From Lingula anatina (Eukaryota; Animalia; Brachiopoda), in NCBI GenBank assembly GCA_051362555.1, contig CM120644.1:23644534-23708533 (forward strand): 64,000 bases of DNA, given 5' to 3'. Positions within the stretch are counted from its first letter, which is position 1, and each line of letters starts with the position of its first letter. The translations under genes and the position numbers were made by a program. The notes under the pieces are model-generated. The model searched no databases. It saw only the letters and a program-made list of their open reading frames with translations, and had not been told where the DNA came from. This document shows positions 27,681 through 41,219 of this stretch, piece after piece.

Positions 27681-29313
27681 AAAGCTACTCGTACATCAGG
27701 GATAGAAAACAAGACCTTGCAGCACTATAACCTATTATTCATCACCAGAAGTTCCTGTTTCACTTCATGTATAGTAACACCAGATTAGGCATCTCGGTAG
27801 GTGTAGGTTACACTACCCCATTTCTATCAAGACTAGGAATTCGCCAAGGGGATAATCTTAGTCCCACTCTCTTTAATTTATACATGGATGACATCAAGGA
27901 GGTTTTCCATTCTTGTAACCAGTCCGGTGCTATTAACGGACTGAATCACATCTTGTATGCTGACGATCTTGTCCTAAAATCTGCATCTAAAGATGGTCTA
28001 CAAAATAAACTAACGGCACTGCAAGCTTATTGTAAAAAGTGGAAACTAAACATAGACGAAAAAAGTCCAAGATTTAATATTTAATATAAAAGGAAAATTA
28101 GACTCTGCAACAACATTTACAATAAATATTGTAGCCATTGAATCAGTCAAAGAGTGTAATTATCTGGGTTTAACCTTTAGAAATACAGGTTCAATGAAAA
28201 AAGCAATTGAAAATTTAAAGAAAATAGCTATAAAAGCAACTTTTGCTCTTAAAACAGCCCTGTCCTCGAACAAGATAACATCTCCCCCACTCAACTTAAA
28301 ACTTTTTGACAAAATCATCAAGCCCATTTTACTGTATGGGTGTGAAGTTTGGTCCGAAGAAATATTCAAGGAAAAACAAGTGTCACTTTCAAAATTAAAT
28401 AAATTTCCTTTTGAACAACTACATCTAAAAATGTGCAAATGGGCACTAGGTGGACGAAAAAAATGCTATGAACAATGCCTGTAGAGCTGAATATGGAAGA
28501 TTTCCACTCTATTCTGATGTTGCAAAACAGAGATACAGTGCCAGACTAAAAGAGCTACCTTCCAACAAATTGGTCAAAAACATTTATGAACAGGAGCAAA
28601 AAGAAAAAGGACCCTGTTGGTCTGAATCAACAATTAACATTTATACAGTGTTGGGGTCTGGGTCATAAAACTGATACACAAACACTAGATAACTTTGAAA
28701 ACCTAAGAGATGCTATCAACAAAAAAAAAAAAAAAAAATGAGAAACTATTTTGGAAAGACCTGGAGAGTGATAACTACTTTAATCTTACGACATACAGAT
28801 TACTCAAAAATCTTACACCCCTGAAAAATATCTGTTAATGAAAGTCACACCATCAGAAATGAAGACTATTGCAAAAATGCGGATTAGTGACCACGAATTA
28901 GAAATTGAACGCGGCCGCTATACGTCCCCTAAAACCCCTACTGAAAGTCGCAAGTGTCCCCACTGTAATGAAAGCGAAACGGAAATCCACTTTCTACTGA
29001 AATGTGAAGAACATAGTGACAGAAGAAGTAGACTAATGATACCTCCTGAGCAGAAAACAGATCATGAAAAAATTCAGTGGCTGCTCAGTCCAAAAAGTGA
29101 ATCGTGCTTGAGAACATTACATCTATATATATATATATAACTGAAAGTTTGAAAAAAAGACCCATCAATAGCAATAGTCGTTTATTTTGTGCTGCTTCCC
29201 AGTAACCATTCCATAAGTATTTGTATAGATTTGTATAATTGTTGTTAATTTGTTATGACCAGTGTAGAGAGCCTGTAAAATGTAACGTGTACACATTTAA
29301 GTGCTCAATAAAG

Positions 29314-29371
<58 letters not shown>

Positions 29372-29461
29372 GACTTCCTATTAAACTTCAATATGGACCT
29401 ATCTCTGTCAGTTTTGGAGATATAAGGGACTAAATGTTACAATTTTGGAGTTACAATAATG

Positions 29462-30340
29462 CATGGGCGTAACTAGGTATACGCACGGATGCACTGTGCG
29501 TACAATTTTTTGGCCAACCGTGATATTATTTTATATAAATTTAGTGTATTTTTCACGGAATATAAAAGAAAATCCCCTGCTTATTAAAGTGACCTGTATG
29601 TACAAATCCTCTGTATCATTTGCATAGGCATAATTGTTCCGACCTCCCCCCCCCCCCTTCGTCTTGCAAACTGAGACAAACAATGCCTGTAACCTTAACA
29701 AGTCCTATCTTAATCGTCCATCTAACTGAAACTTCCTTTACCTCTTAATTGGAGGGTTCAGTGGCCCTCAACTCTTCTGTACCCTCTTTCTTAAGAATAT
29801 CTGGCGATATTTATTTCAGGTAAAAATCTGCCTGAGTGTTATTTTCAAAGAGCAGCTAGATAAAATCTGGACACCAGGTTTAAGAAGGAGCTAGAGAAAC
29901 AAGGGAAGAATTTTTCCTGCAAAACTTCAAATAATTTTGACACGGACTTGACCCAGCTTACCCCTCCAAACTAACAGGGTGACATGGGCAATTTTTACAA
30001 ACAAATAATTAAACTTAGATGTATCAGAGCTCTGTCGTGTCGGTGTTTTTGGGAGCCATGCATCCACATGTAAGGTGAATGAAACCGTATGTTAGTTCAA
30101 CTCAGAGGTGGATCCAGGATTATTTGAAGGGGGTTCCACATATGCGAAGCTAGCCTCCTTTTAAATAAATATACCGTTCTGGGTAATAAGAATATTGAAA
30201 CTTTTTTAATTGCAAGTACATTTCTGACTAAATGACATATGCTGTAATTACGCTGCCCTTATCTCTTGCGTTAGTCTACATTTTGCTGGGAATTTTAAAA
30301 ATCTGTGCGTTCAATTTTTAAAGGTCTGGTTACGCCCCTG
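29462..30340. mobile_element. hAT-like non-autonomous element with 5 bp TSD, 879 bp
   Basis: TIRs CATGGGCGTAAC / GTTACGCCCCTG with TAATG duplication; the empty site is present in the duplicate at about 36844. Confidence 0.9.
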
Positions 30341-30344
30341 TAAT

Positions 30345-30889
30345 GTGCCATAAATTTTCTACAAAAGATATTAATTGAAATAAAGAAAATGTCATTTTGG
30401 TTGAAAGTCTTGAAATGGGAGGTGCTCAGAAGTTCCAGATGTTAAAATTCCATGAAATAATGTCATTTTTGACCAGAAGTTGTCTGCCTCGCCAAGCCTT
30501 GTGTTATATTTTCCAGAGGTTCAAAATTTATTACATATTACCGTATTGCAGATTTTGCTTTCACCACCACAATGTACTTTTTGTTACAGTATAACTCGTA
30601 AACCGTATGGAAATAAAAAAAAAAAAAAAAAAAACGGAGACCACCTCCAGTGTTGGGCTTGACATGCTGTACAAAATGCAAAAAAGAAAAGGCATTAACG
30701 GTTCCCGAATTGGAGACAGTTTTTACTTTCGGTATCTTTTGGCCGCTACTCCCGTGAAAATGCACCGATTGACCCCAAACTCACGGAGATGAAAGATGAC
30801 CTAAAGGGCAACACATTCCAATAATATTATAGGTAAGGTCTGTGTAGTTTCTGAATATCAGCGCAAATATTTTTTTTTTTTTTTTTGGT

Positions 30890-30926
<37 letters not shown>

Positions 30927-31306
30927 AAAATTTTGGCCCGTTTGACCTTGAAATGAAGGTCAAAGGTTATAATCCAAGGGCATATTTGAAATCTCCACAT
31001 ATGACTTTCGGTCAGCCGTCTGTAGAATTTTTTCCCATAATTCCTTCGGTATGGTAGATAATTAGCATTTAATTTTGCAAATTTTGGACAAGGGTGCATT
31101 GCAATGAGCGCCACACCTAGACCCCAGCACCGACCATGCCCAAATTTTACATGGAGTTGAGATTGTTTGCGACCTAAATCCAAGAGATGGGTACGCAGAC
31201 CCTTGTAGTCTAGGAGAAGAAGCGGTAACGGTAACATGGCGGCGGAACGGACCGGACGGGACTAAAACCATGTGTACCGCCAGCGCATACGCTGGTGGTA
31301 CAATAA
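30345..31306 (+). mobile_element. Helentron/Helitron-like non-autonomous element 3' part (duplicate at about 36850-37790)
   Basis: TTTGACCTTGAAATGAAGGTCAAA palindromic motif, short GACGG-type repeats, and terminal hairpin TGTACCGCCAGCG-CATA-CGCTGGTGGTACA at 31273-31302. Confidence 0.6.
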
Positions 31307-31781
31307 CTCGAATTATTTATCACAAAGTTTAATCGTCTACTGTTCTCTCACATCAGGCTTATAAGAGAATTCAATTTATTTAAATATGAGATCAGTTACA
31401 GCTTTTACAGCAAATAAACTCACTAGCGATAAATATAAACGTGTTAGCAGTATCTCTCCAAATAAAATTTAATTGTTTGATTTCTGGTATTGTAATAAGA
31501 AAATGGCTCTAGAATAAAGAACGAATAAATTGTAACGCAGTTGGTAGCAAGATGAGCCTTTACGTAACATTTAGTAATTAAACCTTCTGTGTAATAGGCC
31601 AATGCCACACCTGGCTCCCTGTGAATATGTTAGTCACACCGCTGTCATCTCTATCTCTATCTCGGATTTTCTACAAGGGCAATTCCAAGTGATTATCCTT
31701 TAAACTCTGAAAGGTACAGAGAAATCTTAAGCTATCTTGAAAGTCGGTGTTGGACGGTGCTACCTTAACTGAAGATGCAAA

Positions 31782-32341
31782 TGTGACCATCGAGCCTTAT
31801 AAGATTATACATTCGAAGGGCCGCACATATATTATATTATATTAAGTGCCCAGTATTATGTTTATTTATCATCAATTACGGGTGAAAGTATTGCTTTAAC
31901 AACATGCATAATATAGAATAGAAGTTTAAGGCCAAGTTACCAGTATAACTAGTAACCGTTTATATAAGGAGAATTATCCTGTCACTATCAGGCACGGTAA
32001 ACAGTGACCTCACCCTCAAAATTCAGTATAAAAGGGCGTCCTGATTTCTACACCAAAAAGCTAACGCTAAACCGATCCCAGGGACGTCAGAGTGACCAGC
32101 AACGCCGAGAGCACGAGAGGGAGACTGAGGACTGAGGACGGCCGGGTCAATCAGAGCCTAGATCGAGGGAACGATTGGGTCACTGTCTTACCGTAGCGCT
32201 GTGCCTACCTGAGCTAGATGACCCTGTATATGTAAAGGGTTAAAGTAATAAAGTGTATTAATAGGGAAACCTCTCCTAGACTGTTGTGTCATTCTTACTA
32301 TCCTCGCGCACACGCCTAACAACTGCACCGGTCCCGTTACA
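31782..32341 (+). mobile_element. Solo LTR-like element, 560 bp (truncated duplicate 38269-38797)
   Basis: TGTGAC...GTTACA ends, internal TATAAAA (about 32026) and AATAAA (about 32247); target duplication not clear. Confidence 0.6.
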
Positions 32342-32476
32342 AAATGACTAAAGGTTCATAGTACAAACATTCACAACTATTATCCTTAATTACCACTTAC
32401 TAAAATGGGGAAGTATGATCATGGACCCGAGCAATACAATAAGCTGTGAAGAGAGTCTAAACATGTGTGTCCTTTA

Positions 32477-33426
32477 AGCCCCCGTCACACTTATTCGGAA
32501 TCAACAAGAATCAAGCAGAACCAGCTAGTATGACTAAATTTAAAAATTCGTACTACATTCGGGAAGAAGTTTCAAATTGACCTATAAAATCCCGAAAGAA
32601 TGTTTCGAATGTGCCTCGAATGAGCTGAAATATTAATTCAGCCAGCAATCGAACTACACTAGTACGCCATTCGAAGTCTATTCTAAATATACTGACTGCA
32701 TTCTGACAGCATTATTGATATTCCGTTTATTCACCGATTCACTTTTTCACAGAACCTACAAGTATTTATACACTATTTTCCCAAATAATTTGTCCTTCTC
32801 ATATTATAAAACGCCATTCAACATTTCCTAATTTAGTAATTTCAGTGAGACCTGTTTTTAATTTTAAATATTTACACTATTTTCCAAATTACTCATGCTT
32901 GGACCTTGTCCATCTCGAGTTTGCATGAGTTTTACACGTGTTAGAAACGTGCAAATCTATAGAAAAATTAACCAATCAGATCCAATTATATGTGACTTTG
33001 AAATGTTCATCCTTTCTTACTTCGAGAACAATCTCTACACTTGTTGACACTTAAAGAAATTTAACTTGCACTCAGTAACTTCCTACACATTGATTCTGTG
33101 TTAATTGTTTTTGTAATTATCGAAAGTGTAAGTCTTTTGCTTTACAACAATATTCTAAATATACTGACTTCATTCTGACAGCGTTATTAAGAATATTTAG
33201 AATGCAGTCATAGTGCAGTTAGAATACTATTCAAGTGCCATTCGATAATTTTCCACTTGGAATGCACTTCGAAAGTTTTGAACATTCGGGCCGGTCACAA
33301 GAATGGGTAAAAATATTTGGAATGCACTCGGGATTTTTAGAATGTTGTTCGAATTTCCAGGAACACACAAATAATTGTCTTTCCGACGGCGTTCTTGCTC
33401 ATTTCGCCTCTAGTTTGACGGGGGTA
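32477..33426. mobile_element. Harbinger-like MITE, ~950 bp
   Basis: TIRs AGCCCCCGTCACACT / AGTTTGACGGGGGTA, flanked by TTA/TAA, with internal TTCGAA/GAAT repeats. Confidence 0.75.
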
Positions 33427-34494
33427 TAAAGAAAATCCATAAACAATAGTTATCATACATACCTTTTTTCTTTGACCAGCTTACAGACTCCTGTAGATGT
33501 ACTAACTAATATGTATAGTGTAAACCGGTTTTATATGAACACCTTGTTTATTTAACCCGTAGAAAAGTCCAGCACAATAGCACGCTACCTATTTTATTCG
33601 AGGGCAGACACTGTGACTGCAATAATGATATATATACACTGCATTGTCTGCAGTCGCTGTATAACAATGAGCAAAATACCGACAGGATCAATATGTGAAT
33701 GCCCCAAAACGTCCATATAAAAAGGTGGTAACCCTTATGGTGACTATAGAATAACCTTTACTGTCATTACGTCTACAGTTATGGTACTGTGGAATAAAAA
33801 GAACTGTGTTTTAAAATTCTGGGCTGACGTAAAGAGGTGATTAACTGCAGGTACTTTTTTGTATAAAAACGTTGTTGTTGTGGTGTTGTGGGATGGTGAA
33901 AGGGGTTTAGACCGGTGTGGCATGAATCGTTCGGAGTGTTAACCATCCGTTCTGCTCATGCGCACGAAGCGCAGGCAAATCAGAGAGACTTGCGGCGTGT
34001 ACAGTCCGTCTCTATCGAGTCATCAATACATTCTTAGACTTTAATAAACATTCACTGTTGAGAACATGCTGCTAATTCAAACAAAATCTTAAGAAGTATT
34101 CATATCTTATAGATGTTCACCTCTACCGCGATTTCCCTCTGGTGGTCATATCATGACGCCTAGCAAAATCAATACAAAATACTTGTAGTAGGCCAACAGC
34201 TGAATAACGACGGCCCGTCCACGGTAGGTTCATCCATGCGTCGAACTGTAACTTGATGCTGACTCTCTATCAAAATCATTAATTAACACATGAATTATCC
34301 TCATAATAGTAAATATATAATGAGGAAGAAAATGAACTAGCCGAATATAACACTGCAGGTGAATAACAACGGATCATTCACGGAACGGCTCATACAGGCG
34401 TCTGCTGCGCGAACCATCACCATCGGTCAGGACGGATGGTTCACGCAGAACGAACCGTACACGTGACACCGGGATAGGTGCCCTATGCATGTTA

Positions 34495-34872
34495 AGCCTC
34501 TGTCACAACAGTACGTACTGGCTCTTACGACCAGTTTACGACCAAATTTTGCGTAGAATCTCACGAATCTCAAGTTCTTCTTGCGAAATTTGAAATTCGC
34601 AGACAGCCCGTAAGCACGTACGGAGGATGTTGGACACGTTCGAAAGATTTTACGAATAATATGCGAACAGCGAGGCCGCAAACGTAACTTGTTCCACTCG
34701 CAAGGAGTTTGCGAGAAATATGCAAGTGAGTCGTGCGTGGTCCAATGAAGGAGAAAGTGTCCTTTGCGTGTTGAGTACTCCCTCACAGCTAAATAGCAAA
34801 GTCGAAAGCACGGCGGAAGTGCGTTGTCCCCACGCCAGGGGTATAAAAGGCGTGCTCACGATCACGCTCGTG
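34495..34872. mobile_element. Truncated copy of the 7364/39974 Harbinger-like family
   Basis: Left TIR present; right part deleted, joining via GTG microhomology to sequence homologous to 41101. Confidence 0.85.
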
Positions 34873-35060
34873 GGTAGGGAGTATGGTCGGGGGTTTATTT
34901 ATTTATTTATTACTTTTTGTTTTTGCTGACTCTAAATAATTATTTGATCAAGGTTACAGGTATGTTGATATCAGAAATGTCCATTTTTTTCTGAAAATCA
35001 ATTCCGCTAGCTTTGAAATTGATGACAGACACCGGAAACTGGTGTAAAGAGGGGATCAAA

Positions 35061-35200
35061 TTACCCTCTACTAAGGTCGCAGTTATTATTGTGGACATTT
35101 GTGGCTGAATCGACTTCAGACCAAAATGACTGTCTATTTACCTAGAGACATATCTGTGAATATCTGTGGAAAATCAATCTGTCGCCCTGGTAGAGGGTAG
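35061..35200. mobile_element. 140 bp mini-element sharing its terminus with the Tc1 remnant
   Basis: TACCCTCTAC / GTAGAGGGTA inverted ends; 35133-35200 is similar to 23197-23264. Confidence 0.7.
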
Positions 35201-35534
35201 GATCAGACAGGGGAGGGGGGTGGTTATAAAAAGGTTTTGTGGACCTTGGACGAATAACGTTTTACTCGTCCACGCTGCACACTATAGAAAGTAATGTATG
35301 TGTTTATTTAACGTGAGAAATTTACATGTAGCTCTCACTACAAATGAACATTCAAAAGGGGAGTGCTTTTGTGGCAACCAATGATACCCACATACAAGTC
35401 TTTAAGTACCGGTAAATAAATAAATGGACGCGTACTTATATTTATAACTAAGAATATTGTAACCCTTCATTATAATCCAGATACCGATAAGGTTTTTCCT
35501 AAATTTATTTATTCAATAATGCATCTATCTTTGT

Positions 35535-36011
35535 GCTCTTAAAGCAGCCCTGTCCTCGAACAAGATAACATCTCCCCCACTCAACTTAAAACTTTTTGAC
35601 AAAATCATCAAGCCCATTTTACTGTATGGGTGTGAAGTTTGGTCAGAAAGAAATATTCAAGGAAAAACAAGTGTCACTTTCAAAATTAAATAAATTTCCT
35701 TTTGAACAACTACATCTAAAAATGTGCAAATGGCACTAGGTGGACGAAAAAAAAATGCTATGAACAATGCCTGTAGAGCTGAATATGGAAGATTTCCACT
35801 CTATTCTGATGTTGCAAAACAGAGATACAGTGCCAGACTAAAAGAGCTACCTTCCAACAAATTGGTCAAAAACATTTATGAACAGGAGCAAAAAGAAAAA
35901 GGACCCTGTTGGTCTGAATCAACAATTAACATTTATACAGTGTTGGGGTCTGGGTCATAAAACTGATACACAAACACTAGATAACTTTGAAAACCTAAGA
36001 GATGCTATTAA

Positions 36012-36073
<62 letters not shown>

Positions 36074-36458
36074 AAAAAAAATGAGGAACTATTTTGGAAA
36101 GACCTGGAGAGTAATAACTACTTTAATCTTACGACATACAGATTACTCAAAAAACTTACACCACTGAAAAATATCTGTTAATGAAAGTCACACCATCAGA
36201 AATGAAGACTATTGCAAAAATGCGGATTAGTGACCACGAATTAGAAATTGAACGCGGCCGCTATACGTCCCCTAAAACCCCTACTGAAAATCGCAAGTGT
36301 CCCCACTGTAATGAAATTGAAACGGAGATCCACTTTTTACTGAAATGGGAAGAATATAGTGACAGAAGAAGTAGACTAATGATACCTCCTGAGCAAAAAA
36401 CAGATCATGAAAAAATTCCGTGGCTGCTCAGTCCAAAAAGTGAATCGTGCTTGAGAAC

Positions 36459-36507
<49 letters not shown>

Positions 36508-36709
36508 CGTGGCTGCTCATTCCGTGGCTGAAAGTTTGAAAAAAAAAAAAGACACACCCATCAATAGCAATAGTCGTTTATTCTGTGCTGCTTCCCAGTA
36601 ACCATTCCATAAGTATTTGTATAGATTTGTATAATTGTTGTTAATTTGTTATGACCAGAGTAGAGAGCCTGTAAAATGTAACGTGTACACATTTAAGTGC
36701 TCAATAAAG

Positions 36710-36758
<49 letters not shown>

Positions 36759-39700
36759 GACTTCCTATTAAACTTCAATATGGACCTATCTCTGTCAGTT
36801 TTGGAGATATAAGGGACTAAATGTTACAATTTTGGAGTTACAATAATGTGCCATAAATTTTCTACAAAAGATATTAATTGAAATAAAGAAAAGGTCATTT
36901 TGGTTAAAATTCTTGAAATGGGAGGTGCTCAGAAGTTCCAGATGTTAAAATTCCATGAAATAATGTCATTCTTGACCAGAAGTTGTCTGCCTCGCCAAGC
37001 CTTGTGTTATATTTTCCAGAGGTTCAAAATTTATTACATATTACCGTATTGCAGATTTTGCTTTCACCACCACAATGTACTTTTTGTTACAGTATAACTC
37101 GTAAACCGTATGGGAAAAAAAAAACGGAGACCACCTCCAGTGTTGGGCTTGACATGCTGTACAAAATGCAAAAAAGAATAGGCATTAACGGTTCCCGAAT
37201 TAGAGACAGTTTTTACTTTCAGTATCTTTTGGCCGCTACTCCCGTGAAAATGCACCGATTGACCCCAAACTCACGGAGATGAAAGATGACCTAAAGGGCA
37301 ACACATTCCAATTATATTATAGGTTAGGTCTGTGTAGTTTCTGAATATCAGCGCAAATATATATATATATTTTTTGGGGGTAAAAATTTGTTTGTTTTTT
37401 TTTTTTGAAAATTTTGGCCCGTTTGACCTTGAAATGAAGGTCAAAGGTTAAAATCCAATGGCATATTTGAAATCTCCACATATGACTTTCGGTCAGCCGT
37501 CTGTAGAATTTTTTCCCATAATTCCTTCGGTATGGTAGATAATTAGCATTTAATTTTGCAAATTTTGGACAAGGGTGCATTGCAATGAGCTCCACACCTA
37601 GACCCCAGCACCGACCATGCCCAAATTTTACATGGAACGAGTTGAGATTGTTTGCGACCTAAATCCAAGAGATGGGTACGCAGACCCTTGTAGTCTAGGA
37701 GAAGAAGCGGTAACGGTAACATGGCGGCGGAACGGACCGGACGGGACTAAAACCATGTGTACCGCCAGCGCATACGCTGGTGGTACAATAACTCGAATTA
37801 TTAATCACAAAGTTTAATCGTCTACTGTTCTCTCACATCAAGCTTATAAGAGAATTCAATTTATTTGAATATGAGATCAGTTACAGCTTTTACGGCAAAT
37901 TAACTCACTAGCGATAAATATAAACGTGTTGGCAGTATCTCTCCAAATAAAGTTTGATTGTTTGATTTCTGGTATTGTAATAAGAAAATGGCTCTAGAAT
38001 AAAGAACAAATAAATTGTAACGCAGTTGGTAGCAAGATGAGCCTTTACGTAACATTTAGTAATTAAAACTTGTGTAATAGGCCAATGCCACACCTGGCTC
38101 CCTGTGAATATGTTAGTCACACCGCTGTCATCTCTATCTCTATCTCGGATTTTCTACAAGGGCAATTCCAAGTGATTATCCTTTAATCTCTGAAAGGTAC
38201 AGAGAAATCTTAAGCTATCTTGAAAGTCGGTGTTGGACGGTGCTACCTTAACTGAAGATGCAAAATAATGTGACCATCGAGCCTTATAAAATTATACATT
38301 CGAAGGGCCGCACATATATTATATTATATTAAGTGCCCAGTATTATGTTTATTTATCATCAATTACGGGTGAAAGTATTGCTTTAACAACATGCAAAATA
38401 TAGAATAGAAGTTTAAGGCCAAGTTACAAGTATAACAAGTAACCGTTTATATAACGAGAATTATCCTGTCACTATCAGGCACGGTAAACAGTGACCTCAC
38501 CCTCAAAATTCAGTATAAAAGGGCGTCCTGATTTCTACACCAAAAAGCTAACGCTAGACCGATCCCAGGGTCGTCAGAGTGACCAGCAACGCCGAGAGCA
38601 CGAGAGCACGAGAGGGAGACTGAGGACTGAGGACGGCCGGGTCAATCAGAGCCTAGATCGAGGGAACGATTGGGTCACTGTCTTACCGTAGCGCTGTGCC
38701 TACCTGACCTAGATGTCCCTGTATATGTAACGGGTTAAAGTAATAAACTGTATTGATAGGGAAACCTATCCTAGACTGTTGTGTCATTCTTACTATCTGT
38801 TGTTCGAATTTCCAGGAACACACAAATGATTGTCTTTCCGACGGCGTTCTTGCTCATTTCGCCTCTAGTTTGACGGGGGTATAAAGAAAATCCATAAACA
38901 ATAGTTATCATACATACCTTTTTTCTTTGACCAGCTTACAGACTCCTGTAGATGTACTAACTAATACGTATAGTGTAAACCGGTTTTATATGAACACCTT
39001 GTTTATTTAACCCGTAGAAAAGTCCAGCACAATAGCACGCTACCTATTTTGTTCGAGGACAGACACTGTGACTGCAATAATACAATATAAACTGCATTGT
39101 CTGCACTCGCTGTATAACAATGAGCAAAATCAATATGTGGATAAAGGATTAATACAGGATCAATATGTGAATGCCCCAAAACGTCCATATAAAAAGGTGG
39201 TAACCCTTATGGTGACTATAGAATAACCTTTACTGTCATTACGTCTACAGTTATGGTACTGTGGAATAAAAAGAACTGTGTTTTAAAATTCTGGGCTGAC
39301 GTAAAGAGGTGATTAACTGCAGGTACTGTTTTGTTATTTTTAACATTGTTGTGGGATGGGGGGGGGGGGGGGGGGGGTGAAAGGGGTTTAGACCGGTGTG
39401 GCATGAATCGTTCGGTGTGTTAACCATCTGTTCTGCTCATGCGCACGAAGCGCAGGCAAATCAGAGAGACTTGCGGCGTGTAGTCTGTCTCGATCGAGTC
39501 ATCAATACATTCTTAGACTTTAATAAACATTCACTGTTGAGAACATGCTGCTAATTCAAACAAAATCTTAAGAAGTATTCATATCTTATAGATGTTCACC
39601 TCTACCGCGATTTCCCTCTGGTGGTCATATCATGACGCCTAGCAAAATCAATACAAAATACTTGTAGTAGGCCAACAGCTGAATAACGACGGCCCGTCCA

Positions 39701-41130
39701 CGGTAGGTTCATCCATGCGTCGAACTGTAACTTGATGCTGACTCTCTATCAAAATCATCAATTAACACATTAATTATCCTCATAATAGTAAATATATAAT
39801 GAGGTAGAAAATGAACTAGCCGAATATAACACTGCAGGTGAATAACAACGGATCATTCACGGAACGGCTCATACACGCGTCTGCTGCGTGAACCATCACC
39901 ATCGGTCAGGACGGATGGTTCACGCAGAACGAACCGTACACGTGACACCGGGATAGGTGCCCTGTGCATGTTAAGCCTCGGTCACAACCGTACGTACTGG
40001 CTTTTACGACCTGTTTACGACCAAATTTTGCGTAGAATCTCACGTGCCGCGCAAGTTCTTCTTGCGAAATTTGGAATTCGCAGACAGCAAGTAAGCACGT
40101 ACGGAGGATGTTGGACACGTTCAAAAGATTTTACGAATAATATGCGAACAGCGAGGCCGCAAACGTAACTTGTTCCACTTGCAAGGAGTTTGCGAGAAAT
40201 ATGCAAGTGAGCCGTGCGTGGTCCAAGACGCACGTCGAAAACAATGAAGGAGAAAGTGTCCTTTGCGTGTTGAGTACGCCCTCACAGCTAAAAAGCAAAG
40301 TCGAAAGCACGGCGGAAGTGCGTTGTCCCCACGCCAGGAGTATAAAAGACGTGCTCACGATCACGCTCGTGTCTCGACAAATAACGTCGCTTGTGCCTCG
40401 TGTACAACATTTCAAAAAATTCGAAATTTGCTCAATCTGCTTCTAATATGCCTCCAAAAAGCAAGGGAAAGAAGCTAAGAGAACAGAAAAGAAGGAAGGG
40501 GGAAAGAAAGAAGGGGGAACAGGAGGCAAAAATGACTTACGTGGTCAGTACGTCAATACAAGCGTGTGAGGCAAGTGTGAAACAAAAGGAAATTACTTTC
40601 GTCGTGCGTAGTATTATCTTCATAAATGGTGAGTGCGTGCCACGTACGCAGGTAGCAAGACAAACTCAAGAAATGAGTACATCGTACCTTGCAAGTAGCG
40701 TCCCTGCTTCTCACGTGGACCCTGCGACTCATAAGGCAGGCTTGCGCCTTCCATTGCAAACTTTCCTCTACCTGTACGAACTCCACGACCTCCGCTGCAC
40801 CCAAAATTCGCAGAGGCCATACGATCCTAAAATTCGTGCGTCCGGTTGTGACCGAGACTTTAGCATATTCTATTCGATCAGCTTCAAGAAACTACTGTAC
40901 GTACTGCATAGGATTTTTATTTCATGATTAATCTAAATAAATTTATAAAGCAACATATAAATTTCCCAAGTGACTGCTGTCAGTTAAATTTTATTAGCTT
41001 AAAATGCAGTTAATGGGACTGAAAGTACAAATGACTGCAATTATCACAGCTTTGTGATGACAACCTTCGTAACATGTGTAGATCTACATCTTAAACAGTG
41101 GGTAGGGAGTATGGTCGGGGGTTTATTTTT
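35535..41130 (+). repeat. Segmental duplication copy 2 (includes LINE 3' end 35535-36757)
   Basis: Same LINE tail, Helentron-like end, LTR and MITE order as copy 1. Confidence 0.95.
39974..40859. mobile_element. PIF/Harbinger-like non-autonomous element, 886 bp
   Basis: TIRs AGCCTCGGTCACAACCG / CGGTTGTGACCGAGACT, TTA target duplication; homologous to 7364-8224. Confidence 0.9.
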
Positions 41131-41163
41131 AGGATTCCCCATAGAGGAATACTATTGTTTTTG

Positions 41164-41219
<56 letters not shown>

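Larger units (their letters stand above)
23270..29370 (+). mobile_element. 5'-truncated, frameshifted non-LTR retrotransposon (APE + RT + CCHC tail; RTE-X/L2-like)
   Basis: Endonuclease motifs GRPSGG, DFNA, VDY and SDH. RT motifs KSPGED, NYRGL, QAGFR, GIRQGDNLSP, LYADD and YLG. C-terminal RISDHELEIERGRY..CPHC..HFLLKC, then AATAAA and an (ATT)n tail. Confidence 0.93.
28244..34905 (+). repeat. Segmental duplication copy 1
   Basis: Collinear, highly similar to 35535-41130 apart from several large indels. Confidence 0.95.

Noticed and set aside
23282-29140. Functional reverse transcriptase or retron-like system
   Set aside because: Many frameshifts, two insertions and 5' truncation; an ordinary dead LINE
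31273-31302. Rho-independent terminator-like hairpin
   Set aside because: Eukaryotic DNA; better explained as a Helentron-type terminal palindrome
36013-36081. Poly-Lys ORF or retrocopy poly(A) tail
   Set aside because: Expanded internal A-run of the LINE, which is shorter at 28721 in the other copy
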